Assembly (NCBI GenBank): GCA_964016885.1
Contig: OZ024743.1
Coordinates: forward strand, 211,916,001 to 211,980,000
Direction: 5' to 3'
DNA length: 64,000 nt
Source of the DNA: Eledone cirrhosa
Lineage: Eukaryota
The position numbers and the translations under genes were made by a program. The notes below the pieces were generated by a model, which had not been told where the DNA came from, searched no databases, and saw only the letters and a list, made by a program, of their open reading frames with translations. The first letter of the stretch is position 1, and the number at the start of each line of letters is the position of its first letter. Positions 25,403 to 38,600 of this stretch are shown one piece after another.

Positions 25403-26586
25403 GGGCGGCCGGCCCGCGATTGAAAAGGTAACTCCGCCGGCAAATCGTCATTTTTGTGATTCGTTTTCTTCGAAGCACACCATTCGCCGCCGGACTTCAG
25501 CTGCCTCATTTAGCATGGGCAGTTTTTTTTGAAAATCACACCACACACAACCAATGTGTGTCTGCACATGTACCAGTAATTACAGATCGATCCCACCACG
25601 AGTTCAATGTAAACAAACTTACGCTCAACGACTTTGTTGACGTTTAACACGGTTTGGTTCCACAGCCACAACTATTGATTTTACGGAGATATCTTGCTGT
25701 AATTCACGCCACACATAGCCAATGAGTGTCTGCACATGTAACAGTAATTACAGATCGATCCGACCACGGACGGCCGGCCCGCGATTGAAAAGGTAACTCC
25801 GCCGGCAAATCGTCATTTTTGGATTCGTTTTCTTCGAAGCACACCATTCGCCGGCGGACTTTGTTGACGTTTAACACGGTTTGGTTCCACAGCCACAACT
25901 ATTGATTTTAAGGAGATATCTTGCTGAAATTCACGCCACACATAGCCAATGAGTGTCTGCACATGTACCAGTAATTACAGATGGATCCCACCACGGGCGG
26001 CCGGCCCACAATCGAAAAGGTAACTCCGCCGGCAAATCGTCATTTTTGTGATTCGTTTTCTTCGAAGCACACCATTCGCCGCCGGACTTCAGCTGCCTCA
26101 TTTAGCATGGGCAGTTTTTTTTGAAAATCACACCACACACAACCAATGTGTGTCTGCACATGTACCAGTAATTACAGATCGATCCCACCACGAGTTCAAT
26201 GTAAACAAACTTACGCTCAACGACTTTGTTGACGTTTAACACGGTTTGGTTCCACAGCCACAACTATTGATTTTACGGAGATATCTTGCTGAAATTCACG
26301 CCACACATAGCCAATGAGTGTCTGCACATGTAACAGTAATTACAGATCGATCCGACCACGGACGGCCGGCCCGCGATTGAAAAGGTAACTCCGCCGGCAA
26401 ATCGTCATTTTTGGATTCGTTTTCTTCGAAGCACACCATTCGCCGGCGGACTTTGTTGACGTTTAACACGGTTTGGTTCCACAGCCACAACTATTGATTT
26501 TAAGGAGATATCTTGCTGAAATTCACGCCACACATAGCCAATGAGTGTCTGCACATGTACCAGTAATTACAGATGGATCCCACCAC
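25403..26586 (+). repeat. 592-bp tandem duplication (C-D-E x2)
   Basis: 197+168+227=592. The private variant CATGTAACAG occurs at ~25740 and ~26332. The junction monomer at 25995 is an A/C hybrid. Confidence 0.9.
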
Positions 26587-27721
26587 GGGCGGCCGGCCCA
26601 CAATCGAAACGGTTACTCCGCCTGCAAATCGTCATTTTCGGATTCGTTTTCTTCGAAGCACACCATTTGCCGGCGGACTTCAGCTGCCTCATTTAGCATG
26701 AGCAGTTTTTCTTGAAGATCACACCACACACAGCCAATGAGTGTCTGCACATGTACCAGTAATTACAGATGGATCCCACCACGGGCGGCCGGCCCACAAT
26801 CGAAAAGGTTACTCCGCCTGCAAATCGTCATTTTCGGATTCGTTTTCTTCGAAGCACACCATTCGCCGGCGGACTTCAGCTGCCTCATTTAGCATGGGCA
26901 GTTTTTCTTGAAGATCACACCACACACACCCAATGAGTGTCTGCACATGTACCAGTAATTAGAGATCGATCCGACCACGGGCGGCCGGCCCACGATCGAG
27001 AAAAAGGTAACTCCGCCGGCAAATCGTCATTTTTGTGATCCGTTTTCTTCGAAGCACACCATTCGCCGCCGGACTTCAGCTGCCTCATTTAGCATGGGCA
27101 GTTTTTTTTGAAAATCACACCACACACAACCAATGTGTGTCTGCACATGTACCAGTAATTACAGATCGATCCGACCACGGGCGGCCGGCCCGCGATTGAA
27201 AAGGTAACTCCGCCGGCAAATCGTCATTTTTGTGATTCGTTTTCTTCGAAGCACACCATTCGCCGCCGGACTTCAGCTGCCTCATTTAGCATGGGCAGTT
27301 TTTTTTGAAAATCACACCACACACAACCAATGTGTGTCTGCACATGTACCAGTAATTACAGATCGATCCCACCACGAGTTCAATGTAAACAAACTTACGC
27401 TCAACGACTTTGTTGACGTTTAACACGGTTTGGTTCCACAGCCACAACTATTGATTTTACGGAGATATCTTGCTGAAATTCACGCCACACATAGCCAATG
27501 AGAGTCTGCACATGTACCAGTAATTACAGATCGATCCGACCAGGGGCGGCCGGCCCGCGATTGAAAAGGTAACTCCGCCGGCAAATCGTCATTTTTGGAT
27601 TCGTTTTCTTCGAAGCACACCATTCGCCGGCGGACTTTGTTGACGTTTAACACGGTTTGGTTCCACAGCCACAACTATTGATTTTACGGAGATATCTTGC
27701 TGAAATTCACGCCACACATAG

Positions 27722-30700
27722 CCAATGAGTGTCTGCACATGTAGCAGTAATTACAGATCGATCCGACCACGGATGGCCGGCCCGCGATTGAAAAGGTAAC
27801 TCCGCCGGCAAATCGTCATTTTTGGATTCGTTTTCTTCGAAGCACACCATTCGCCGGCGGACTTTGTTGACGTTTAACACGGTTTGGTTCCACAGCCACA
27901 GCTATTGATTTTAAGGAGATATCTTGCTGAAATTCACGCCACACATAGCCAATGAGTGTCTGCACAAGTACTAGTAATTACAGATGGATCCCACCACGGG
28001 CGGCCGGCCCACAATCGAAAAGGTTACTCCGCCTGCAAATCGTCATTTTCGGATTCGTTTTCTTCGAAGCACACCATTCGCCGGCGGACTTCAGCTGCCT
28101 CATTTAGCATGGGCAGTTTTTCTTGAAGATCACACCACACACAGCCAATGAGTGTCTGCACATGTACCAGTAATTAGAGATCGATCCGACCACGGGCGGC
28201 CGGCCCACGATCGAGAAAAAGGTAACTCCGCCGGCAAATCGTCATTTTTGTGATCCGTTTTCTTCGAAGCACACCATTCGCCGCCGGACTTCAGCTGCCT
28301 CATTTAGCATGGGCAGTTTTTTTTGAAAATCACACCACACACAACCAATGTGTGTCTGCACATGTACCAGTAATTACAGATCGATCCGACCACGGGCGGC
28401 CGGCCCGCGATTGAAAAGGTAACTCCGCCGGCAAATCGTCATTTTTGTGATTCGTTTTCTTCGAAGCACACCATTCGCCGCCGGACTTCAGCTGCCTCAT
28501 TTAGCATGGGCAGTTTTTTTTGAAAATCACACCACACACAACCAATGTGTGTCTGCACATGTACCAGTAATTACAGATCGATCCCACCACGAGTTCAATG
28601 TAAACTAACTTACGCTCAACGACTTTGTTGACGTTTAACACGGTTTGGTTCCACAGCCACAACTATTGATTTTAAGGAGATATCTTGCTGAAATTCACGC
28701 CACACATAGCCAATGAGTGTCTGCACATGTACCAGTAATTACAGATGGATCCCACCACGGGCGGCCGGCCCACAATCGAAAAGGTTACTCCGCCTGCAAA
28801 TCGTCATTTTCGGATTCGTTTTCTTCGAGCACACCATTCGCCGGCGGACTTCAGCTGCCTCATTTAGCATGAGCAGTTTTTCTTGAAGATCACACCTCAC
28901 ACAGCCAATGAGTGTCTGCACATGTACCAGTAATTAGAGATCGATCCGACCACGGGCGGCCGGCCCACGATCGAGAAAAAGGTAACTCCGCCGGCAAATC
29001 GTCATTTTTGTGATCCGTTTTCTTCGAAGCACACCATTCGCCGCCGGACTTCAGCTGCCTCATTTAGCATGGGCAGTTTTTTTTGAAAATCACACCACAC
29101 ACAACCAATGTGTGTCTGCACATGTACCAGTAATTACAGATCGATCCCACCACGGGCGGCCGGCCCACAATCGAAAAGGTTACTCCGCCTGCAAATCGTC
29201 ATTTTCGGATTCGTTTTCTTCGAAGCACACCATTCGCCGGCGGACTTCAGCTGCCTCATTTAGCATGAGCAGTTTTTCTTGAAGATCATACCACACACAG
29301 CCAATGAGTGTCTGCACATGTACCAGTAATTACAGATGGATCCCACCACGGGCGGCCGGCCCACAATCGAAAAGGTTACTCCGCCTGCAAATCGTCATTT
29401 TCGGATTCGTTTTCTTCGAAGCACACCATTCGCCGGCGGACTTCAGCTGCCTCATTTAGCATGAGCAGTTTTTCTTGAAGATCACACCACACACAGCCAA
29501 TGAGTGTCTGCACATGTACCAGTAATTACAGATGGATCCCACCACGGGCGGCCGGCCCACAATCGAAAAGGTTACTCCGCCTGCAAATCGTCATTTTCGG
29601 ATTCGTTTTCTTCGAAGCACACCATTCGCCGGCGGACTTCAGCTGCCTCATTTAGCATGGGCAGTTTTTCTTGAAGATCACACCACACACAGCCAATGAA
29701 TGTCTGCACATGTACCAGTAACTACAGATGGATCCCACCACGGGCGGCCGGCCCACAATCGAAAAGGTTACTCCGCCTGCAAATCGTCATTTTCGGATTC
29801 GTTTTCTTCGAAGCACACCATTCGCCGGCGGACTTCAGCTGCCTCATTTAGCATGGGCAGTTTTTCTTGAAGATCACACCACACACAGCCAATGAGTGTC
29901 TGCACATGTACCAGTAATTAGAGATCGATCCGACCACGGGCGGCCGGCCCACGATCGAGAAAATGGTAACTCCGCCGGCAAATCGTCATTTTTGTGATCC
30001 GTTTTCTTCGAAGCACACCATTCGCCGCCGGACTTCAGCTGCCTCATTTAGCATGGGCAGTTTTTTTTGAAAATCACACCACACACAACCAATGTGTGTC
30101 TGCACATGTACCAGTAATTACAGATCGATCCCACCACGGGCGGCCGGCCCACAATCGAAAAGGTTACTCCGCCTGCAAATCGTCATTTTCGGATTCGTTT
30201 TCTTCGAAGCACACCATTCGCCGGCGGACTTCAGCTGCCTCATTTAGCATGAGCAGTTTTTCTTGAAGATCACACCACACACAGCCAATGAGTCTCTGCA
30301 AATGTACCAGTAATTACAGATGGATCCCACCACGGGCGGCCGGCCCACAATCGAAAAGGTTACTCCGCCTGCAAATCGTCATTTTCGGATTCGTTTTCTT
30401 CGAAGCACACCATTCGCCGGCGGTCTTCAGCTGCCTCATTTAGCATGAGCAGTTTTTCTTGAAGATCACACCTCACACAGCCAATGTGTGTCTGCACATG
30501 TACCAGTAATTACAGATGGATCCCACCACGGGCGGCCGGCCCACAATCGAAAAGGTTACTCCGCCTGCAAATCGTCATTTTCGGATTCGTTTTCTTCGAA
30601 GCACACCATTCGCCGGCGGACTTCAGCTGCCTCATTTAGCATGGGCAGTTTTTCTTGAAGATCACACCACACACAGCCAATGAGTGTCTGCACATGTACC

Positions 30701-33700
30701 AGTAACTACAGATGGATCCCACCACGGGCGGCCGGCCCACAATCGAAAAGGTTACTTCGCCTGCAAATCGTCATTTTCGGATTCGTTTTCTTCGAAGCAC
30801 ACCATTCGCCGGCGGACTTCAGCTGCCTCATTTAGCATGGGCAGTTTTTCTTGAAGATCACACCACACACAGCCAATGAGTGTCTGCACATGTACCAGTA
30901 ATTAGAGATCGATCCGACCACGGGCGGCCGGCCCACGATCGAGAAAATGGTAACTCCGCCGGCAAATCGTCATTTTTGTGATCCGTTTTCTTCGAAGCAC
31001 ACCATTCGCCGCCGGACTTCAGCTGCCTCATTTAGCATGGGCAGTTTTTTTTGAAAATCACACCACACACAACCAATGTGTGTCTGCACATGTACCAGTA
31101 ATTACAGATCGATCCCACCACGGGCGGCCGGCCCACAATCGAAAAGGTTACTCCGCCTGCAAATCGTCATTTTCGGATTCGTTTTCTTCGAAGCACACCA
31201 TTCGCCGGCGGACTTCAGCTGCCTCATTTAGCATGAGCAGTTTTTCTTGAAGATCACACCACACACAGCCAATGAGTCTCTGCAAATGTACCAGTAATTA
31301 CAGATGGATCCCACCACGGGCGGCCGGCCCACAATCGAAAAGGTTACTCCGCCTGCAAATCGTCATTTTCGGATTCGTTTTCTTCGAAGCACACCATTCG
31401 CCGGCGGACTTGAGCTGCCTCATTTAGCATGGGCAGTTTTTCTTGAAGATCACACCACACACACCCAATGAGTGTCTGCACATGTACCAGTAATTAGAGA
31501 TCGATCCGACCATGGGCGGCCGGCCCACGATCGAGAAAAAGGTAACTCCGCCGGCAAATCGCCATTTTTGTGATCCGTTTTCTTCGAAGCACACCATTCG
31601 CCGCCGGACTTCAGCTGCCTCATTTAGCATGGGCAGTTTTTTTTGAAAATCACACCACACACAACCAATGAGTGTCTGCACATGTAGCAGTAATTACAGA
31701 TCGATCCGACCACGGATGGCCGGCCCGCGATTGAAAAGGTAACTCCGCCGGCAAATCGTCATTTTTGGATTCGTTTTCTTCGAAGCACACCATTCGCCGG
31801 CGGACTTTGTTGACGTTTAACACGGTTTGGTTCCACAGCCACAGCTATTGATTTTAAGGAGATATCTTGCTGAAATTCACGCCACACATAGCCAATGAGT
31901 GTCTGCACAAGTACTAGTAATTACAGATGGATCCCACCACGGGCGGCCGGCCCACAATCGAAAAGGTTACTCCGCCTGCAAATCGTCATTTTCGGATTCG
32001 TTTTCTTCGAAGCACACCATTCGCCGGCGGACTTCAGCTGCCTCATTTAGCATGGGCAGTTTTTCTTGAAGATCACACCACACACAGCCAATGAGTGTCT
32101 GCACATGTACCAGTAATTAGAGATCGATCCGACCACGGGCGGCCGGCCCACGATCGAGAAAAAGGTAACTCCGCCGGCAAATCGTCATTTTTGTGATCCG
32201 TTTTCTTCGAAGCACACCATTCGCCGCCGGACTTCAGCTGCCTCATTTAGCATGGGCAGTTTTTTTTGAAAATCACACCACACACAACCAATGTGTGTCT
32301 GCACATGTACCAGTAATTACAGATCGATCCGACCACGGGCGGCCGGCCCGCGATTGAAAAGGTAACTCCGCCGGCAAATCGTCATTTTTGTGATTCGTTT
32401 TCTTCGAAGCACACCATTCGCCGCCGGACTTCAGCTGCCTCATTTAGCATGGGCAGTTTTTTTTGAAAATCACACCACACACAACCAATGTGTGTCTGCA
32501 CATGTACCAGTAATTACAGATCGATCCCACCACGAGTTCAATGTAAACTAACTTACGCTCAACGACTTTGTTGACGTTTAACACGGTTTGGTTCCACAGC
32601 CACAACTATTGATTTTAAGGAGATATCTTGCTGAAATTCACGCCACACATAGCCAATGAGTGTCTGCACATGTACCAGTAATTACAGATGGATCCCACCA
32701 CGGGCGGCCGGCCCACAATCGAAAAGGTTACTCCGCCTGCAAATCGTCATTTTCGGATTCGTTTTCTTCGAGCACACCATTCGCCGGCGGACTTCAGCTG
32801 CCTCATTTAGCATGAGCAGTTTTTCTTGAAGATCACACCTCACACAGCCAATGAGTGTCTGCACATGTACCAGTAATTAGAGATCGATCCGACCACGGGC
32901 GGCCGGCCCACGATCGAGAAAAAGGTAACTCCGCCGGCAAATCGTCATTTTTGTGATCCGTTTTCTTCGAAGCACACCATTCGCCGCCGGACTTCAGCTG
33001 CCTCATTTAGCATGGGCAGTTTTTTTTGAAAATCACACCACACACAACCAATGTGTGTCTGCACATGTACCAGTAATTACAGATCGATCCCACCACGGGC
33101 GGCCGGCCCACAATCGAAAAGGTTACTCCGCCTGCAAATCGTCATTTTCGGATTCGTTTTCTTCGAAGCACACCATTCGCCGGCGGACTTCAGCTGCCTC
33201 ATTTAGCATGAGCAGTTTTTCTTGAAGATCATACCACACACAGCCAATGAGTGTCTGCACATGTACCAGTAATTACAGATGGATCCCACCACGGGCGGCC
33301 GGCCCACAATCGAAAAGGTTACTCCGCCTGCAAATCGTCATTTTCGGATTCGTTTTCTTCGAAGCACACCATTCGCCGGCGGACTTCAGCTGCCTCATTT
33401 AGCATGAGCAGTTTTTCTTGAAGATCACACCACACACAGCCAATGAGTGTCTGCACATGTACCAGTAATTACAGATGGATCCCACCACGGGCGGCCGGCC
33501 CACAATCGAAAAGGTTACTCCGCCTGCAAATCGTCATTTTCGGATTCGTTTTCTTCGAAGCACACCATTCGCCGGCGGACTTCAGCTGCCTCATTTAGCA
33601 TGGGCAGTTTTTCTTGAAGATCACACCACACACAGCCAATGAATGTCTGCACATGTACCAGTAACTACAGATGGATCCCACCACGGGCGGCCGGCCCACA

Positions 33701-35607
33701 ATCGAAAAGGTTACTCCGCCTGCAAATCGTCATTTTCGGATTCGTTTTCTTCGAAGCACACCATTCGCCGGCGGACTTCAGCTGCCTCATTTAGCATGGG
33801 CAGTTTTTCTTGAAGATCACACCACACACAGCCAATGAGTGTCTGCACATGTACCAGTAATTAGAGATCGATCCGACCACGGGCGGCCGGCCCACGATCG
33901 AGAAAATGGTAACTCCGCCGGCAAATCGTCATTTTTGTGATCCGTTTTCTTCGAAGCACACCATTCGCCGCCGGACTTCAGCTGCCTCATTTAGCATGGG
34001 CAGTTTTTTTTGAAAATCACACCACACACAACCAATGTGTGTCTGCACATGTACCAGTAATTACAGATCGATCCCACCACGGGCGGCCGGCCCACAATCG
34101 AAAAGGTTACTCCGCCTGCAAATCGTCATTTTCGGATTCGTTTTCTTCGAAGCACACCATTCGCCGGCGGACTTCAGCTGCCTCATTTAGCATGAGCAGT
34201 TTTTCTTGAAGATCACACCACACACAGCCAATGAGTCTCTGCAAATGTACCAGTAATTACAGATGGATCCCACCACGGGCGGCCGGCCCACAATCGAAAA
34301 GGTTACTCCGCCTGCAAATCGTCATTTTCGGATTCGTTTTCTTCGAAGCACACCATTCGCCGGCGGTCTTCAGCTGCCTCATTTAGCATGAGCAGTTTTT
34401 CTTGAAGATCACACCTCACACAGCCAATGTGTGTCTGCACATGTACCAGTAATTACAGATGGATCCCACCACGGGCGGCCGGCCCACAATCGAAAAGGTT
34501 ACTCCGCCTGCAAATCGTCATTTTCGGATTCGTTTTCTTCGAAGCACACCATTCGCCGGCGGACTTCAGCTGCCTCATTTAGCATGGGCAGTTTTTCTTG
34601 AAGATCACACCACACACAGCCAATGAGTGTCTGCACATGTACCAGTAACTACAGATGGATCCCACCACGGGCGGCCGGCCCACAATCGAAAAGGTTACTT
34701 CGCCTGCAAATCGTCATTTTCGGATTCGTTTTCTTCGAAGCACACCATTCGCCGGCGGACTTCAGCTGCCTCATTTAGCATGGGCAGTTTTTCTTGAAGA
34801 TCACACCACACACAGCCAATGAGTGTCTGCACATGTACCAGTAATTAGAGATCGATCCGACCACGGGCGGCCGGCCCACGATCGAGAAAATGGTAACTCC
34901 GCCGGCAAATCGTCATTTTTGTGATCCGTTTTCTTCGAAGCACACCATTCGCCGCCGGACTTCAGCTGCCTCATTTAGCATGGGCAGTTTTTTTTGAAAA
35001 TCACACCACACACAACCAATGTGTGTCTGCACATGTACCAGTAATTACAGATCGATCCCACCACGGGCGGCCGGCCCACAATCGAAAAGGTTACTCCGCC
35101 TGCAAATCGTCATTTTCGGATTCGTTTTCTTCGAAGCACACCATTCGCCGGCGGACTTCAGCTGCCTCATTTAGCATGAGCAGTTTTTCTTGAAGATCAC
35201 ACCACACACAGCCAATGAGTCTCTGCAAATGTACCAGTAATTACAGATGGATCCCACCACGGGCGGCCGGCCCACAATCGAAAAGGTTACTCCGCCTGCA
35301 AATCGTCATTTTCGGATTCGTTTTCTTCGAAGCACACCATTCGCCGGCGGACTTGAGCTGCCTCATTTAGCATGGGCAGTTTTTCTTGAAGATCACACCA
35401 CACACACCCAATGAGTGTCTGCACATGTACCAGTAATTAGAGATCGATCCGACCATGGGCGGCCGGCCCACGATCGAGAAAAAGGTAACTCCGCCGGCAA
35501 ATCGCCATTTTTGTGATCCGTTTTCTTCGAAGCACACCATTCGCCGCCGGACTTCAGCTGCCTCATTTAGCATGGGCAGTTTTTTTTGAAAATCACACCA
35601 CACACAA
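27722..35607 (+). repeat. 3943-bp tandem duplication (20 monomers x2)
   Basis: Shared private variants at offset 3943: 1-bp deletion CTTCGAGC (~28828/32771), AATGAATGTC (~29700/33643) and CGGTCTTC (~30424/34367). Monomer lengths sum exactly to 3943. Confidence 0.93.
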
Positions 35608-38600
35608 CCAATGTGTGTCTGCACATGTACCAGTAATTACAGATCGATCCGACCACGGGCGGCCGGCCCGCGATTGAAAAGGTAACTCCGCCGGCAAATC
35701 GTCATTTTTGTGATTCGTTTTCTTCGAAGCACACCATTCGCCGCCGGACTTCAGCTGCCTCATTTAGCATGGGCAGTTTTTTTTGAAAATCACACCACAC
35801 ACAACCAATGTGTGTCTGCACATGTACCAGTAATTACAGATCGATCCCACCACGGGCGGCCGGCCCACAATCGAAAAGGTTACTCCGCCTGCAAATCGTC
35901 ATTTTCGGATTCGTTTTCTTCGAAGCACACCATTCGCCGGCGGACTTCAGCTGCCTCATTTAGCATGAGCAGGTTTTCTTGAAGATCATACCACACACAG
36001 CCAATGAGTGTCTGCACATGTACCAGTAATTACAGATGGATCCCACCACGGGCGGCCGGCCCACAATCGAAAAGGTTACTCCGCCTGCAAATCGTCATTT
36101 TCGGATTCGTTTTCTTCGAAGCACACCATTCGCCGGCGGACTTCAGCTGCCTCATTTAGCATGAGCAGTTTTTCTTGAAGATCACACCACACACAGCCAA
36201 TGAGTGTCTGCACATGTACCAGTAATTACAGATGGATCCCACCACGGGCGGCCGGCCCACAATCGAAAAGGTTACTCCGCCTGCAAATCGTCATTTTCGG
36301 ATTCGTTTTCTTCGAAGCACACCATTCGCCGGCGGACTTCAGCTGCCTCATTTAGCATGGGCAGTTTTTCTTGAAGATCACACCACACACAGCCAATGAG
36401 TGTCTGCACATGTACCAGTAACTACAGATGGATCCCACCACGGGCGGCCGGCCCACAATCGAAAAGGTTACTCCGCCTGCAAATCGTCATTTTCGGATTC
36501 GTTTTCTTCGAAGCACACCATTCGCCGGCGGACTTCAGCTGCCTCATTTAGCATGGGCAGTTTTTCTTGAAGATCACACCACACACAGCCAATGAGTGTC
36601 TGCACATGTACCAGTAATTAGAGATCGATCCGACCACGGGCGGCCGGCCCACGATCGAGAAAATGGTAACTCCGCCGGCAAATCGTCATTTTTGTGATCC
36701 GTTTTCTTCGAAGCACACCATTCGCCGCCGGACTTCAGCTGCCTCATTTAGCATGGGCAGTTTTTTTTGAAAATCACACCACACACAACCAATGTGTGTC
36801 TGCACATGTACCAGTAATTACAGATCGATCCCACCACGGGCGGCCGGCCCACAATCGAAAAGGTTACTCCGCCTGCAAATCGTCATTTTCGGATTCGTTT
36901 TCTTCGAAGCACACCATTCGCCGGCGGACTTCAGCTGCCTCATTTAGCATGAGCAGTTTTTCTTGAAGATCACACCACACACAGCCAATGAGTCTCTGCA
37001 AATGTACCAGTAATTACAGATGGATCCCACCACGGGCGGCCGGCCCACAATCGAAAAGGTTACTCCGCCTGCAAATCGTCATTTTCGGATTCGTTTTCTT
37101 CGAAGCACACCATTCGCCGGCGGACTTCAGCTGCCTCATTTAGCATGAGCAGTTTTTCTTGAAGATCACACCTCACACAGCCAATGAGTGTCTGCACATG
37201 TACCAGTAATTACAGATGGATCCCACCACGGGCGGCCGGCCCACAATCGAAAAGGTTACTCCGCCTGCAAATCGTCATTTTCGGATTCGTTTTCTTCGAA
37301 GCACACCATTCGCCGGCGGACTTCAGCTGCCTCATTTAGCATGGGCAGTTTTTCTTGAAGATCACACCACACACAGCCAATGAGTGTCTGCACATGTACC
37401 AGTAACTACAGATGGATCCCACCACGGGCGGCCGGCCCACAATCGAAAAGGTTACTTCGCCTGCAAATCGTCATTTTCGGATTCGTTTTCTTCGAAGCAC
37501 ACCATTCGCCGGCGGACTTCAGCTGCCTCATTTAGCATGGGCAGTTTTTCTTGAAGATCACACCACACACAGCCAATGAGTGTCTGCACATGTACCAGTA
37601 ATTAGAGATCGATCCGACCACGGGCGGCCGGCCCACGATCGAGAAAATGGTAACTCCGCCGGCAAATCGTCATTTTTGTGATCCGTTTTCTTCGAAGCAC
37701 ACCATTCGCCGCCGGACTTCAGCTGCCTCATTTAGCATGGGCAGTTTTTTTTGAAAATCACACCACACACAACCAATGTGTGTCTGCACATGTACCAGTA
37801 ATTACAGATCGATCCCACCACGGGCGGCCGGCCCACAATCGAAAAGGTTACTCCGCCTGCAAATCGTCATTTTCGGATTCGTTTTCTTCGAAGCACACCA
37901 TTCGCCGGCGGACTTCAGCTGCCTCATTTAGCATGAGCAGTTTTTCTTGAAGATCACACCACACACAGCCAATGAGTCTCTGCAAATGTACCAGTAATTA
38001 CAGATGGATCCCACCACGGGCGGCCGGCCCACAATCGAAAAGGTTACTCCGCCTGCAAATCGTCATTTTCGGATTCGTTTTCTTCGAAGCACACCATTCG
38101 CCGGCGGACTTGAGCTGCCTCATTTAGCATGGGCAGTTTTTCTTGAAGATCACACCACACACACCCAATGAGTGTCTGCACATGTACCAGTAATTAGAGA
38201 TCGATCCGACCATGGGCGGCCGGCCCACGATCGAGAAAAAGGTAACTCCGCCGGCAAATCGTCATTTTTGTGATCCGTTTTCTTCGAAGCACACCATTCG
38301 CCGCCGGACTTCAGCTGCCTCATTTAGCATGGGCAGTTTTTTTTGAAAATCACACCACACACAACCAATGTGTGTCTGCACATGTACCAGTAATTACAGA
38401 TCGATCCGACCACGGGCGGCCGGCCCGCGATTGAAAAGGTAACTCCGCCGGCAAATCGTCATTTTTGTGATTCGTTTTCTTCGAAGCACACCATTCGCCG
38501 CCGGACTTCAGCTGCCTCATTTAGCATGGGCAGTTTTTTTTGAAAATCACACCACACACAACCAATGTGTGTCTGCACATGTACCAGTAATTACAGATCG

